A stretch of 64,000 nt of DNA, taken from contig OY970340.1 of the NCBI GenBank assembly GCA_963717465.1, forward strand, positions 1,632,001 through 1,696,000, given 5' to 3'. Below, piece by piece: positions 1 through 10,965 of the stretch. This DNA comes from Candidatus Bathyarchaeota archaeon. GTDB taxonomy: Archaea > Thermoproteota > Bathyarchaeia > Bathyarchaeales > Bathycorpusculaceae. The translations under genes were made by a program, and so were the position numbers. The notes under the pieces are model-generated. The model did no database searches. It worked only from the letters and a program-made list of their open reading frames with translations, and had not been told where the DNA came from. Each line of letters starts with the position of its first letter. Position 1 is the first letter of the stretch.

Positions 1-33
1 TACCAAGGTTTCTTGTTTTATTTCTGAAACTGT

Positions 34-387
34 TTAGGCTTTTGATGCCAGAAGGGCTTCAAAAAGTGTTACTGTTTTCTTGATCATAGATATAATTGAA
101 CCAGAAAGCAACGGGTCATCGCTCTCACTCAAAGATTTTGTAAGGTCAGCCCATTTAGCGGAATCTTGTGTTTCACTTTCGAATTTTCTAAAAATATCTG
201 AAGCATAATTCGATTTGAAGAGTTGCAACACTAATAACAAGTTTGTACTTAGACTGTGTTTAATATTAATTCTTTCATCATGATTATCCCACTGATGCGG
301 ACCATACCCCACATATTTGAAGAGATCTTTTTTAAGGTCATCAACTGCAATTTTCAGTTTCGGAATTTCTGACATGATATTCGCCAC
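34..387 (-). CDS. hypothetical protein
   Basis: 117-aa ORF, no motif recognised. Confidence 0.4.
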   Translation of the reverse strand: MANIMSEIPKLKIAVDDLKKDLFKYVGYGPHQWDNHDERINIKHSLSTNLLLVLQLFKSNYASDIFRKFESETQDSAKWADLTKSLSESDDPLLSGSIISMIKKTVTLFEALLASKA

Positions 388-788
388 AATTATTGGTTTC
401 TTATATTAATAATAGGACTTTTTAACTATTCGTGCTAAAACCCATACGCGCGTTAACATAGTTCATGAGAAGAATTTTTCAATTATTTTTTTACATAGCA
501 TTACAGATAGGCTTTGGATTTAGCGGAGTATTTTCATATATTTTTATTAGCAGCAATTACAACTACACCCATTATCTAACACAATTTAAAAATCATTTTG
601 TTAACTTTTTACATGACTTGTTTGATCAAAACCTATCTCTGAAAAGTTTAACAATTTTACTATCAAGTTATTTTAGTCCGGGTATCCTTGTGCGCTAAAG
701 CTGAAAATAAAAAAGAAGCTTTTTGCAGGTTTCTCCAAGAGAAATCTATAGCTGGCTGTTATAAAGAAAGAAGTGGGGGTGGTTTTGT

Positions 789-1013
789 TTAGTACTTTGT
801 TTTGTTATCCGTCATGTAAGCCCATACAGTAACCATGATTACGGTTATTGCAGCGCCCGCAAATCCTGAAATTAGAAAACTCCAATTAATCAACGGTATG
901 ATAGCTTGAAGCCACGGGATGAGAGTCGTCCATGCAACTTGTGCTAGTAAACCTGCAAAAAAGCCTAAGATGGCTACTGTTGCAAATATTTTTATTCTTC
1001 CCATTCGATTCAC
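789..1013 (-). CDS. small two-TM membrane protein
   Basis: 74 aa with two hydrophobic helices; divergent from the cdv cluster. Confidence 0.6.
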   Translation of the reverse strand: MNRMGRIKIFATVAILGFFAGLLAQVAWTTLIPWLQAIIPLINWSFLISGFAGAAITVIMVTVWAYMTDNKTKY

Positions 1014-1233
1014 CTTTTTGTTTTTAGGATTGGTTCAAGCTTCTTTTTAGTCTAACTATCATATTTCTGTCTAATCTGCACTAATCGGTTGGCTAATGTT
1101 TTAATTTTTTAATTAAAGCCTAAGGCATGTTTTAACACGTGTATATCTCTACGTATATACGTGCATATTGTTAACATATTAACAATGTATAAGATTGTTT
1201 TCTACAGTTCTGTGTGTTTTGGAGGAAAATTAA

Positions 1234-1899
1234 TTGTCAGAAAGATTCTCGAAAAAGTGGGAAAATAAACAAGAGGAACAGCCTTTCACAAACCGCCTTA
1301 AAGACGCTGTGAAACCGCCAGGTCCACTCAAGCCAAGACTTGATTTTGCAGTTAGACGCATTGACCTTCAAGTACAGAAGCTTGACCAAGCAAATGAAAG
1401 GTTCACACAAAGAGACAAAGCAATCTTCGCCAGGATAGTTGATGCCTACTCAAAGCATGACAGTGCACGTGCAAACGTTTTTGCAAACGAATTAGCAGAG
1501 GTCCGCAAAATGTCAAAGTTAATCATGAATGCTAAACTTGCACTCGAACAAATAACATTAAGATTACGAACAGTTTCAGAACTAGGTGATGTCGTATCCA
1601 CTTTAGGTCCAGCCGTAGGAGTATTGCGCTCAGTTAAAGCTGGATTAGTTAGCGTATTTCCAGAAGCAGAAAGCGAACTGGGCGAAATAGGAAACATGCT
1701 AAGCGGAATAATGATTGAAGCAGGCCAAGGCTCAGGAATGACAATAAACTTTGACACTGTAAACGAGGACGCATCAAAGATTCTTACAGAAGCAGCAACA
1801 GTTGCCGAACAAAAGATAAAAGACAAATTCCCAGATCTGCCGCCAGGAATGCCCTCAATGGCAAATCCGCAAGCAGAGAAAACAACAGAGAGCTACTAA
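1234..1899 (+). CDS. cdvB: ESCRT-III/Snf7-family protein (CdvB paralogue)
   Basis: Snf7-type coiled coil (ANELAEVRK...LALEQITLRLRTV...GDVV); GGAGG upstream of TTG; adjacent to cdvA and cdvC. Confidence 0.85.
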   Translation: MSERFSKKWENKQEEQPFTNRLKDAVKPPGPLKPRLDFAVRRIDLQVQKLDQANERFTQRDKAIFARIVDAYSKHDSARANVFANELAEVRKMSKLIMNAKLALEQITLRLRTVSELGDVVSTLGPAVGVLRSVKAGLVSVFPEAESELGEIGNMLSGIMIEAGQGSGMTINFDTVNEDASKILTEAATVAEQKIKDKFPDLPPGMPSMANPQAEKTTESY

Positions 1900-1915
1900 A
1901 TAAGGAGGTAAAAAA

Positions 1916-2635
1916 ATGTCTAACTCCAATCTTTTTCTTTCTCTTGGTAAACCCGTTAAAAATGATTATGGAAAAATAATAGGAAAAGTTGCATCCTTCG
2001 CATTAACTCCAAACGGAAAATTTGAATCCGTTTTTATAGAATTTGGTGACGGTCTATTCTCGAAACAATCGATTGATGACCTAAAATTTGATGGCACCAC
2101 AGTTACAATTACCTCAAAAATCAGATCTAAAGCCAGTTATGTATGCGAACAAATCACCCTCATCTGGCGAAAAGATCAGGCTATAAAAGACCTTAATGAA
2201 AAAAGAAAAATCAACTCAGATTTATACCAGGAACTTCACAGTAGTTTTGAGACGGTACTAACTCAACTAAAGAAAGATGCTCAAGTTCTTAACGAAGAGG
2301 CATCAGTTGAAGTGGCGCGTTGTGACGAAGAAATAAAGTCCTTAAGCTATGCTATACTTCATGTAGAATTGGAACATGAAATAGGCCAAATAGACGAAGA
2401 AAACTACAACGCAGCATCAGTAATACTGCAAGAAAATCTTAAGCGTGCACAGACAGAAAAAACAGATTACGAATTAACAAAAAGCAGAATTGCAGGCGTA
2501 CTACTTGGAGATACATCAATACAAAATCTGGTTAAAATCAACAAAGTATATGCTGAACCAGTCACAGCTGCAGCTGACCTTCCAGAGCCCCCAGTCGTTG
2601 TTTACGTTAAGGAAACTGGCAAAACGGTATTCTAA
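1916..2635 (+). CDS. cdvA: cell division protein CdvA
   Basis: N-terminal PRC-barrel-like GKPVKNDYGKIIGKV, coiled coil, ELEHEIGQIDEENY motif; lies between ESCRT-III genes. Confidence 0.8.
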   Translation: MSNSNLFLSLGKPVKNDYGKIIGKVASFALTPNGKFESVFIEFGDGLFSKQSIDDLKFDGTTVTITSKIRSKASYVCEQITLIWRKDQAIKDLNEKRKINSDLYQELHSSFETVLTQLKKDAQVLNEEASVEVARCDEEIKSLSYAILHVELEHEIGQIDEENYNAASVILQENLKRAQTEKTDYELTKSRIAGVLLGDTSIQNLVKINKVYAEPVTAAADLPEPPVVVYVKETGKTVF

Positions 2636-2675
2636 AAAATATAACGAATAAGAGTGACTTCAGACGGAGGGAAAC

Positions 2676-3566
2676 ATTATTAAAAGTTTAACTAATCCCA
2701 ACCCTCCGCCAATCCGTGAAGTCGCAAACAAATCTATTTCTACACTTAAAGTTCAACAAAACAAGCTTGAACAAGCTAGTTTTCGCCTTAAAGAACGTGA
2801 TAGAGTACTTTTTGAGACCTGCATGGGCGCATTAAAAAGAAATAATAAAGAAAGAGCCGCAATGTGCGCAACTGAACTGTCTGAAGTACGTCGCTTAGTA
2901 AAGTTTCTTTCTAACGTTCAGTTAGCAATTGAACGTGTGGTTTTGCGACTTGAGACTATTAGAGAACTAAGCGATATAGTTGTTGACTTAAAACCTGCCC
3001 TGCGGCTGCTTCAAAATGTTTCATCAGAATTATTTCAAGTATTACCTGACGTCAGCAACGAGCTAAGCAATGTAAACGACGCCATAAGCGAAACCCTTCA
3101 CGTAACAAAACTTCAAGCTGACGAAAACATTATCCCCGTTGGAAGAAAGACAGAAGCCGGTGCTGAAATACTAAAAGAAGTTTCATCTTTCATGGAGAAA
3201 AAGATGGCTGAAACTCTTCCTGAACCCCCGCGTGCTTCCCCTGCTAAAGCGAAATCGCCAATCAAGGAGCTCGTTGCGCTTTCCGCTTCCTCTTCTGATT
3301 TACATGGAAACAAAACTGAAGAGAAAGAGGATTCCTCTCAAACAGTTATTTCTTACAAAAAATCTGAAATTAAAGAAATTACTATGAAAGTCAAGCAGCC
3401 ATCATTAGAAGATGTGCTTCTTGAGTACGTAAGAAAGAGCAAAGGTCAAATTGATATGTCACGTTGCTCGAATGAGCTTAATACTTCTAACAAAGAAATT
3501 GAGCGTGCCCTAGAAAATCTGGGAACACAGGGCAAAATAAAAATCGAGTTAAAATCGCCTGAATAG
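2676..3566 (+). CDS. cdvB: ESCRT-III CdvB with C-terminal winged helix
   Basis: Snf7 core plus C-terminal wHTH (LLEYVRKSKGQID...LENLGTQGKIKI). The frame stays open upstream of ATG 2823 to ATT 2676, which follows GGAGG. Confidence 0.85.
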   Translation: MIKSLTNPNPPPIREVANKSISTLKVQQNKLEQASFRLKERDRVLFETCMGALKRNNKERAAMCATELSEVRRLVKFLSNVQLAIERVVLRLETIRELSDIVVDLKPALRLLQNVSSELFQVLPDVSNELSNVNDAISETLHVTKLQADENIIPVGRKTEAGAEILKEVSSFMEKKMAETLPEPPRASPAKAKSPIKELVALSASSSDLHGNKTEEKEDSSQTVISYKKSEIKEITMKVKQPSLEDVLLEYVRKSKGQIDMSRCSNELNTSNKEIERALENLGTQGKIKIELKSPE

Positions 3567-3576
3567 GAGAAATAAA

Positions 3577-4743
3577 ATGAGTGCCTCACATGAACTAGAA
3601 AAATCTGCAACGGCATACGCTTTAGATGCCGTTAAAATGGATAAACAAGGCCAAAAAGGCAGAGCAATAACCCTTTATCAGAAAGCAATTGAGAATCTCT
3701 TGCAGCTTGTTCAATTATATCCTGAATATGGTCTGAACAAAGTTTATGTTCAGAGAGCAATTGCTTACCAAGAACGAATTAAAGCCCTTCAAGGAGCAGT
3801 TTCATCAAATGAAATGCGGGAAGAAGCAATCGACGCTGAAGGTGTACCCAAAACGCCTGAGATCAATGGAAAAGCAGCCGAGGAATTAATCGTTACTGAA
3901 AAGCCGATGGTTAACTGGGCTGAAGTTGTCGGTTTAGATCCTGCTAAAAAGGCAGTTAAAGAAGCAATAGTTTATCCTGTGCAAAGACCTGATCTGTTTC
4001 CGCTTGGTTGGCCGCGAGGAATTTTACTTTTTGGTCCTCCTGGCTGCGGTAAAACTTTGCTGGCTGCTGCTGTGGCTACAGAGATTAACGCGAACTTTTA
4101 CTCGATTGATGCAGCTTCGGTTATGTCTAAGTGGCTTGGTGAAGCGGAGCAGAATGTCGCAAAACTTTTCGGGTCAGCCCGTAAATCCTCAAATGAAGGT
4201 AAGGCTGCTATTGTGTTTGTTGATGAGTTGGATTCACTTATGGGTCAGCATGCAAATGAAGTAGGCGGAGAAATTCGTGTTCGCAACCAGTTCCTTAAGG
4301 AAATGGATGGCATAGTGGATAAAGGAAAGAACTTGCATGTCTATGTTATTGGCGCGACGAATAAGCCTTGGGATTTAGATTGGGCGTTTATTAGGCGTTT
4401 TCAAAAGAGAATTCTTGTTCCTCTTCCAGATAACTCAACAAGACTAAGTATGTTAAAGCTTTATTCAAGTAATCTTAAGATTGATGCAGATGTTGATTTG
4501 TGTGAGTTAGCAAGGCTTTCCGAGGGCTTTTCGGGAAGTGATATTCGTGATGTTTGTCAGTCAGCTCAGTTGTCACTTATCGGCGAGTTCTTTGAGTCTG
4601 GAAAAGCTCAGGATAAGGAGGCAAAGCCGCGGTTGTTAACGATGGCCGATTTCCGCCAAATCCTAGAAGAGCGCAAGCCAAGTGTCTCGTTAGATATGCT
4701 ATCGCAGTATAATAGATGGTTTGAGGCTTTCAAAGCCTTATAA
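3577..4743 (+). CDS. cdvC: Vps4-like AAA+ ATPase CdvC
   Basis: N-terminal MIT domain, Walker A GPPGCGKT, Walker B FVDELD, SRH GATNKPWDLD...RRFQKR. Confidence 0.93.
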   Translation: MSASHELEKSATAYALDAVKMDKQGQKGRAITLYQKAIENLLQLVQLYPEYGLNKVYVQRAIAYQERIKALQGAVSSNEMREEAIDAEGVPKTPEINGKAAEELIVTEKPMVNWAEVVGLDPAKKAVKEAIVYPVQRPDLFPLGWPRGILLFGPPGCGKTLLAAAVATEINANFYSIDAASVMSKWLGEAEQNVAKLFGSARKSSNEGKAAIVFVDELDSLMGQHANEVGGEIRVRNQFLKEMDGIVDKGKNLHVYVIGATNKPWDLDWAFIRRFQKRILVPLPDNSTRLSMLKLYSSNLKIDADVDLCELARLSEGFSGSDIRDVCQSAQLSLIGEFFESGKAQDKEAKPRLLTMADFRQILEERKPSVSLDMLSQYNRWFEAFKAL

Positions 4744-4908
4744 CATGGAGGGCAAAAACCGAAACAAAAACGGGTTGGGTGGAAAGGTTTGGAGAAAATA
4801 AATTTTTTGCACGCTCTCCCTTCTCCCCCTCAAATTATCTCCAAACCCCACAACCCAAAAAAACTAAAAACGATTAGACGCCAACCATAAAACGAAAAAG
4901 AACTAGGT

Positions 4909-5388
4909 TTAAGAGTTGTTTTTCATTTCTTCTTTGAAAATTTCTTCAAGCGTTCTTTCGTTTATGCCGATTTCTTCCGCTAACCGTTTTACTTGTTTTA
5001 CGTAGGTGCGGAATAAGCTTTGAAGAATATCAGCTTTTTCTTCTTCCGTTAATTCTTTCTCTTCAGCTAGCAGCAGAGCGAACCATCTTCCAAGATCTGT
5101 TAGCTTAAAAGTTTTTACCCAGGTTATTCTGCCTTCATGCTCATTTTTTTCCATGCATTCAGTCAAGACGCCAAGTTCAGTGAGTGTTTTTAGATTCTCG
5201 ATTATTGTCTTGTTTGAATAGTTTAATTTCTTAACCAAATCTTTCTGGTAGAGATTTTTTGAAATACCCTGCTTAAGCGAAAACCTAAGCAAGTCAACTC
5301 CTGCTTTTGAACCGAAAATCGCACTTAGTATCCTATCTTTTTTTTCACTTGGAAGAAAAATTACATATGGACGTAAATGTGCTACCAT
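4909..5388 (-). CDS. winged-helix DNA-binding protein
   Basis: YQKDLVKKLNYSNKTIIENLKTLTELGVL...FKLTDLG wHTH pattern. Confidence 0.7.
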   Translation of the reverse strand: MVAHLRPYVIFLPSEKKDRILSAIFGSKAGVDLLRFSLKQGISKNLYQKDLVKKLNYSNKTIIENLKTLTELGVLTECMEKNEHEGRITWVKTFKLTDLGRWFALLLAEEKELTEEEKADILQSLFRTYVKQVKRLAEEIGINERTLEEIFKEEMKNNS

Positions 5389-5495
5389 ACTTGACGATTT
5401 TAATTGTTGAGATGTAACTTATAAAAATTCTGATTAAATCAACTTAAGAACCAAAACAGACAAAATCTATTACCCATGCATGCGTTGTCGCCGTC

Positions 5496-5747
5496 TTATT
5501 TCAATTCCGGGTTTTCCTGTTTAAGTTCTGATGCTCTAGCTTTTACGTTCATTATGTCATTTTCTAGTTTTTTTGTAAGTTCTTCTAACAATGCTTTTTG
5601 TTCAGCATCTAGATTTTCTAATATTACCGTAAGTTTATGATTAGAAACGTCGTTTTGTTGATTTGTTTGTGTCTGAATTCTACTTTCTGTATTGTGATCT
5701 TCATCAAATAAATCATATAGATCAAGTAGCTCAATCATCCAATTCAC
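5496..5747 (-). CDS. hypothetical coiled-coil protein
   Basis: 83-aa ORF; GTAGG immediately before the GTG start. Confidence 0.45.
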   Translation of the reverse strand: MNWMIELLDLYDLFDEDHNTESRIQTQTNQQNDVSNHKLTVILENLDAEQKALLEELTKKLENDIMNVKARASELKQENPELK

Positions 5748-5910
5748 CTACATCAAATACTAACGCTAACCCGTTTTAAATATGGTTTATTTTTAAGGCA
5801 TATACTGCATCATCACATATAAAGTCATCATATAAAAGACAAGATTCAACCATAAAAGAAGCTAACCAAAAAATAAGCTTCTGATGAAGGATTTTCTGCA
5901 GAAAGTTCAA

Positions 5911-5988
5911 TGGCGGGCTCGACGGGAATTGAACCCGCGACCCCCGGATTAAAAGTCCGGTGCTCTAGCCTGACTGAGCTACGAGCCC
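5911..5988 (-). tRNA. tRNA-Lys(UUU), intronless, CCA encoded
   Basis: Reverse complement GGGCTCGTAGCTCAG...CCGGA-CTTTTAA-TCCGG...GGTTCAATTCCC...GAGCCCGCCA folds as a cloverleaf with anticodon TTT. Confidence 0.96.
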
Positions 5989-6119
5989 ACATGTTATTTT
6001 ATTGCGTTGATTAGAAGACTATGAAGGGGTTTTTTAGCGTTTCTGTTCGAAAACCCTTCATGTGGTGAAAATCACCCACGCCCAATTCCCTTTTTTCTCT
6101 TTTTTGGAGGCTTTTCTTA

Positions 6120-6359
6120 ATGGCTAATTTTATCGTTAGTTTTGATCATGCAAGCACTTCTTGGGTAATTGGAAAGCCATGTTTGAAGTGTAAAAAACTG
6201 ATTGCCGAAGGCGATAAAGTTGTTTCTAGACCTCATGAACGCATTTATCATGAAAAATGTTGGGACGGGTGTTTTGTTGGGTATGCGTGCTTAACAAGTT
6301 TTATTTTTTGCGAATATCTAGTAAGAAAGTATGGAAATATGCCTGTGCCCGCATATTAG
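6120..6359 (+). CDS. small CxxC...HxxC zinc-finger protein
   Basis: CLKC...GDKVVSRP...YHEKC; GGAGG upstream; paralogue at 27107. Confidence 0.6.
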   Translation: MANFIVSFDHASTSWVIGKPCLKCKKLIAEGDKVVSRPHERIYHEKCWDGCFVGYACLTSFIFCEYLVRKYGNMPVPAY

Positions 6360-6562
6360 AAAATGCCAGCTGTTTTGCGTTGAACACAACAACAACCAAC
6401 TTTTACACGAAAAATGCAAAATAAGCAGCAGTCATCGAAATTTTTGAGCTGAAACAATAAAACCTCTTGTTCAGGTGCTCATCTGTTATACGTTTCAACA
6501 TCTTAAACAGGTAAGTAACTGTTCAACATATAATACTTGGATAATAACACGGGGAACAAGAG

Positions 6563-6904
6563 ATGCTGAACAAAAAGCGCGTTTTCTTTTCTGTCGTAAT
6601 CATATTGGGCATCTTAGACTGGCTTACAACAGTAATAGGCATTTTCTTCTGCGGCGCAACAGAAGCTAACCCTTTGCTCTCTGGATTAACACAATCAAGC
6701 ATGCTGCTCTTCAGCGTGGTTAAGTTTTCAGCACTCTTACTCGGGGGCTTCGCATTCTACAAAGCATCAGCTATAAGCGAATCGGCAACCGGTGACTGGC
6801 AATTCCCCCAAAAAATCACGTTTGGTGCATACTCACTAACCTCTCTCATTCTCGCCGCTGTAGTAACCAGCAACATGATAACAATCTTGGGCTCGCATTT
6901 CTAA
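6563..6904 (+). CDS. small membrane protein, DUF5658-like
   Basis: DWLTT...EANPLL motif with three hydrophobic segments. Confidence 0.65.
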   Translation: MLNKKRVFFSVVIILGILDWLTTVIGIFFCGATEANPLLSGLTQSSMLLFSVVKFSALLLGGFAFYKASAISESATGDWQFPQKITFGAYSLTSLILAAVVTSNMITILGSHF

Positions 6905-7039
6905 GCAAAATGCCACGCGCTAGCATTTTGGTGTACCTAATAACCTTTTTCCCTTTTTTAAGCAAGAATAGGAGTAAGTTATAAATAGATAAAGAATAAG
7001 TTATAAATAAATAAACAGAACAAAATATTTTTTGCAGAA

Positions 7040-7310
7040 TTGGCTTTAAGAGTCTATAAATTGAATCAGACTAAAATCATGCTTTTCTCTTTTGGAATAA
7101 TATTGTTAATCATTGGTGTGTTTTTGGCAATACAAACTCAGCAACAAGCAACGTGCACAAGCATGTATGGAGTTCAGATTCCCACAGGATCAGTAACAGT
7201 TTATCCTTACTTAATTGAGGTCATACCAACTTTAGTAATTGGAGTAATAATAATTGTATCTGCTTTTACAATTAAAGAAAAAGAAGAGAATACACAAAGC
7301 AAACAAGCTC
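7040..7310 (+). CDS. two-TM membrane protein, read through into an integrase fragment
   Basis: Two hydrophobic helices in the 5' part of ORF 7040-7504. Confidence 0.4.
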
Positions 7311-7575
7311 TAAAGATTCACTTCCACACTTTGAGGTATTGGAAAGCTAGCGGGGAATACGAGAAAACAGGCGATATTTATGCTGTAAAAGACTTGCTAG
7401 GCCATAAAAGTCTAATGAATACAGATCGTTACCAACACAGCAATTATACAAGCGATGAATACATAACTAAGCGACTAAGACAAGCCAAGAAGAGGATGCT
7501 TTAATTTCCGCTGGATTTGAGTATGTGCGTTTTGACGATAGAGAGCAAGTGCCTATCTATAGGAAAAGGAAGTAA
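7311..7575 (+). pseudogene. C-terminal fragment of a tyrosine recombinase/integrase
   Basis: HFHTLR (HxLR), LLGHKS and catalytic-type Tyr (TDRY); after a frameshift it ends ISAGFEYVRFDDREQVPIYRKRK*; N-terminal part absent. Confidence 0.8.
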
Positions 7576-7660
7576 CAACATGACTCAGAATTATAGTGTT
7601 ATCGTTGTTTTTGTATTGTTTCTGTTCGAATAATTAAGAAAAAGTAGGGGTTGGCTTTTT

Positions 7661-8020
7661 TTATGTTTTTAAAATGGTTGACAGGAAGCCTTTGATTTTG
7701 TCGTTTGAGTTAAGTATTACTTCGATGGTGCTTGTTCCTTTTGGGGTAAGTTTGTAGATTCTTTTTCGTTCAATCCAGGCGCCTTCAATTAGACCGTTCC
7801 TTTCTAGTGAGTAAAGTAGTGAGTAGACTGTTCCTGAACTAACTAGAAAACCATACTTGTTATGAATGTACGTTATTATGTCGTAGCCGCTTATTGCGTC
7901 ATTCCGTAGCTCTGACATTATTATCGCGTCCAGGAAGCTTTTGATTATGCGTTCATGAATTTTCTTAAGGACTTTTGCCTCCATTTTTTCGCCGTTTACG
8001 CTGACTGAAAGTGGAACCAT
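7661..8020 (-). CDS. PadR-family transcriptional regulator
   Basis: SGYDII...SSGTVYSLLYSLERNGLIE...RIYKLTPKG. Confidence 0.85.
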   Translation of the reverse strand: MVPLSVSVNGEKMEAKVLKKIHERIIKSFLDAIIMSELRNDAISGYDIITYIHNKYGFLVSSGTVYSLLYSLERNGLIEGAWIERKRIYKLTPKGTSTIEVILNSNDKIKGFLSTILKT

Positions 8021-8451
8021 GTTTTTCTCGCCAGCAATGTCTATTCATGTTTATATATTTAAGTTTAATTCTAATTTCGAATAAAATATATAAATAAATT
8101 TATATTATTTAAACAATTACTGTATATTCAAACTATGTTAGCCTTGTCCTCAAATAAACAACTAGTAATTTTAGCCTGCGTGTCAACAATGCTATGTTCT
8201 TAAAAAAATGTATAAAAAAATAAAAAACATAGGCTACAAATCTTCAATTTTACATGTAAATGTCATAGCGCTAACTTTACATTAAAAAAAATTTACTCTT
8301 TAATTAAATAAGCAATCAAGCAAAGAGCTATTTTTAACTCTTAATTTCCATTTTCGTCGCAAGTTAAATCGTTTTTAATAGCCAGCGATATATGTGCATG
8401 TTAATAAACGTTAATTCAACTATCGCCTTAAAAGCAATCGGTGCCCAAGAT

Positions 8452-9304
8452 TTGATTTCATGGAAATACTCCTACAAACAATTAAACGAAGAATATAATC
8501 TGGCCAATAAGAAAAAACAAGCTCTTAGACAAATTGTACCAAACAGGAAAAATTAGTCAAACCACCCATGACTTATTTGACAGCGACATAAGAACAGCGC
8601 TAACGGAAATTGAGAAAAAGCAAAAAGATCTGCTTGTATCTATGCAGTCAAAATCCCAAGAGTTGATTAACCAAATTGCAACTTTAGAATCGCTACTTAC
8701 GAATTCTGAAATTCAACATGTTGTTGGCGAAATTGAAGATGACACTTACCAACGAGAGATAGACCTTATGGCAGCAAGCCTTGACAGCGCAAAAAACGAG
8801 TTAAGCCTAATTAAGCAAGCAATGGATCAAATTTGCCCAGAAACAGTTCTAGAAGCCACTTCCACGCCAGAGCACATGGATAACCCATCTGTTATTGACA
8901 TTCCAACGGCCGATCCCATTGCAGAAAATATTCCATCCGAATCTATACCAATAGTATCTGCCACAGAGGAAGCTTCTCAAGATACGACTCCCAAAGAAAC
9001 TATACCTACAGAGGTTGCCTCAGCTGAAGATGCACAGAGCCAAAATTCTTTAAATCCATCCGAACCTAACGTCGAGGTTATAACAGAACCTAAAGAACCC
9101 GAAATTACTGAGCCAACAATACACGAACCAATAATAAGCATGGAAACAGCAAACGAGCAACCAGCAATTAGCGTTGCACCCGTAGTCTTCGAAGCCGTTC
9201 CCGAAAATACTGCAGAATTATCAGTTGCGCCAACAACTGAAATAGAAAACAAAGAAATCCCAAAAATTCAAACCACAGAAGAAACGTCAAACAGTACACA
9301 ATAA
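8452..9304 (+). CDS. CdvA-like coiled-coil protein with acidic P/E/T-rich tail (+1 frameshift near 8524)
   Basis: TTG 8452 reads LISWKYSYKQLNEEY...KKKQAL; removing one base joins it to ORF 8534; EIQHVVGEIEDDTY resembles the CdvA motif at 1916. Confidence 0.7.
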
Positions 9305-9620
9305 ACTATCCTTTTCTTTTTCTGTTCTATTTGCAGTTCAAATCTTAAAATTCATCAATTTAAAATTGAATTTGCATTTTTGTTTTGATTTTATTATTTT
9401 GATTGATTTTTGTGCCTCAGAACCTTAATTATGCGTTTATGTCATCTTTCCCAGAAAGAATTCTGGTCAATGCTAACGTGCAATTATCATCATAGGCACC
9501 AAATCTTGTGTTAAATCATGAAGGACAAAAAGATAAACTATACCAAGGTAACCAAAAGATTCGCTAATCAGTTTTCTGCTAGAATAATTTTATAAGCTAA
9601 AAATTGCAAGTTAAGCCTTC

Positions 9621-10406
9621 ATGCAAGCGGAATTTGGAATAATCGGTGGGACTGGTCTTTACGACCCAAAATTGCTAAAGAATATTCAAGAAGTAGAAAT
9701 TGAAACGCCTTATGGGAAGCCATCTGACACCATAACAATCGGTGAAATAGGCGGTAAAACAGCTGCATTTCTGCCTAGGCACGGAAAAAAACACAATATC
9801 CGACCGACCGACATTAACGTTAGAGCAAACATTTTTGCGTTAAAGAAACTCGGGGTTAAATATGTGCTTGCTCCTTCCACAGTTGGCTCTCTCAGAGAGG
9901 AATATCAGCCGGGCGAAATAGTTTTTGTTGACCAGTTCATTGACAGGACAACTCGCCGTGAGCAATCATTCTATACTCAGGATAAAGTATGCCATATTTC
10001 AGTAGCTGAACCAATGTGTCCAAATCTAAGAAAAACCTTAATCTCCGTTGCTAAAAAAATGGGAATCAAAATGCATGAAACTGGAACTTACGTATGCATC
10101 GAAGGACCGCGTTTTTCAACGAAGGCTGAATCCAAAATGTTCCGAACATGGGGAGCAGACATTGTAGGCATGACACTGGTTCCTGAATGCGTTTTAGCAC
10201 GTGAAGCAGAATTATGTTACGCCTCCATATCAACCGTAACAGACTACGATGTATGGAAAGAACACCCAGTTTGCGTAAGCGAAGTGCTAAAAATCATGAA
10301 GGCTAACATTGAAAATGTAAAACGCCTAATCGCTCAAACCATAACGGACCTGCCAAGCGAACGAGACTGTAAATGCAAAGACGCCCTAAAGGAAGCATTA
10401 GTTTAG
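9621..10406 (+). CDS. mtnP: S-methyl-5'-thioadenosine phosphorylase
   Basis: GIIGGTG, LPRHG, EGPRFSTKAES, GMTLVPE, VTDYD motifs. Confidence 0.93.
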   Translation: MQAEFGIIGGTGLYDPKLLKNIQEVEIETPYGKPSDTITIGEIGGKTAAFLPRHGKKHNIRPTDINVRANIFALKKLGVKYVLAPSTVGSLREEYQPGEIVFVDQFIDRTTRREQSFYTQDKVCHISVAEPMCPNLRKTLISVAKKMGIKMHETGTYVCIEGPRFSTKAESKMFRTWGADIVGMTLVPECVLAREAELCYASISTVTDYDVWKEHPVCVSEVLKIMKANIENVKRLIAQTITDLPSERDCKCKDALKEALV

Positions 10407-10419
10407 AAGGAGATAAAGA

Positions 10420-10965
10420 ATGAGCAAGACTGCAAAACAAGTCGATCTAAAGTCAAAAATTAGAAGGATACCTGAATTCAAAGGGGTTGTATTTTGGGAT
10501 ATAACCCCTCTGCTAAAAGATAAGTCCTGCTTTCATAATTGCATTAAGAAATTAGCTGATCATTATAAAAACAAGAAAATTGACGTTGTTGTATCAAACG
10601 AAGCAAGAGGATTCATTATAGGCGCTGCATTAGCCTACGAACTCGGCACAGGTTTCGTCCCAATCCGAAAAAAAGGAAAATTGCCCTACAAATGCGTTAA
10701 TTTTGAGTACAAAAAAGAATATGAATGCGACACAATCGAGATACACGAAGACGCAATCAAGAAAGGCCAAAACGTCTTATTGATCGATGACTTGTTAGCT
10801 ACCGGCGGCACAGTGAAGGCAAACATCGCACTTATTGAGCAGTTAGGCGGTAAAATTGTCGGTGTAGGCTTCCTAATTGAACTTGGCTATTTAGAAGGCA
10901 GAAAACTAATCGGCAACAAGTACGACGTGTACTCACTCGTAAAGTTAGAAACAACGAACGGCTAA
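10420..10965 (+). CDS. apt: adenine phosphoribosyltransferase
   Basis: DITPLL, EARGF, RKKGKLP and PRPP loop IDDLLATGGT. Confidence 0.93.
   Translation: MSKTAKQVDLKSKIRRIPEFKGVVFWDITPLLKDKSCFHNCIKKLADHYKNKKIDVVVSNEARGFIIGAALAYELGTGFVPIRKKGKLPYKCVNFEYKKEYECDTIEIHEDAIKKGQNVLLIDDLLATGGTVKANIALIEQLGGKIVGVGFLIELGYLEGRKLIGNKYDVYSLVKLETTNG

Noticed and set aside
465..698. 77-aa ORF on the + strand
   Set aside because: Very AT-rich, no SD or motif; likely intergenic
5911..5988. tRNA-Lys as the attachment site of the methane cluster
   Set aside because: I found no duplicated tRNA segment in the window, its 3' end points away from the cluster, and housekeeping genes lie in between
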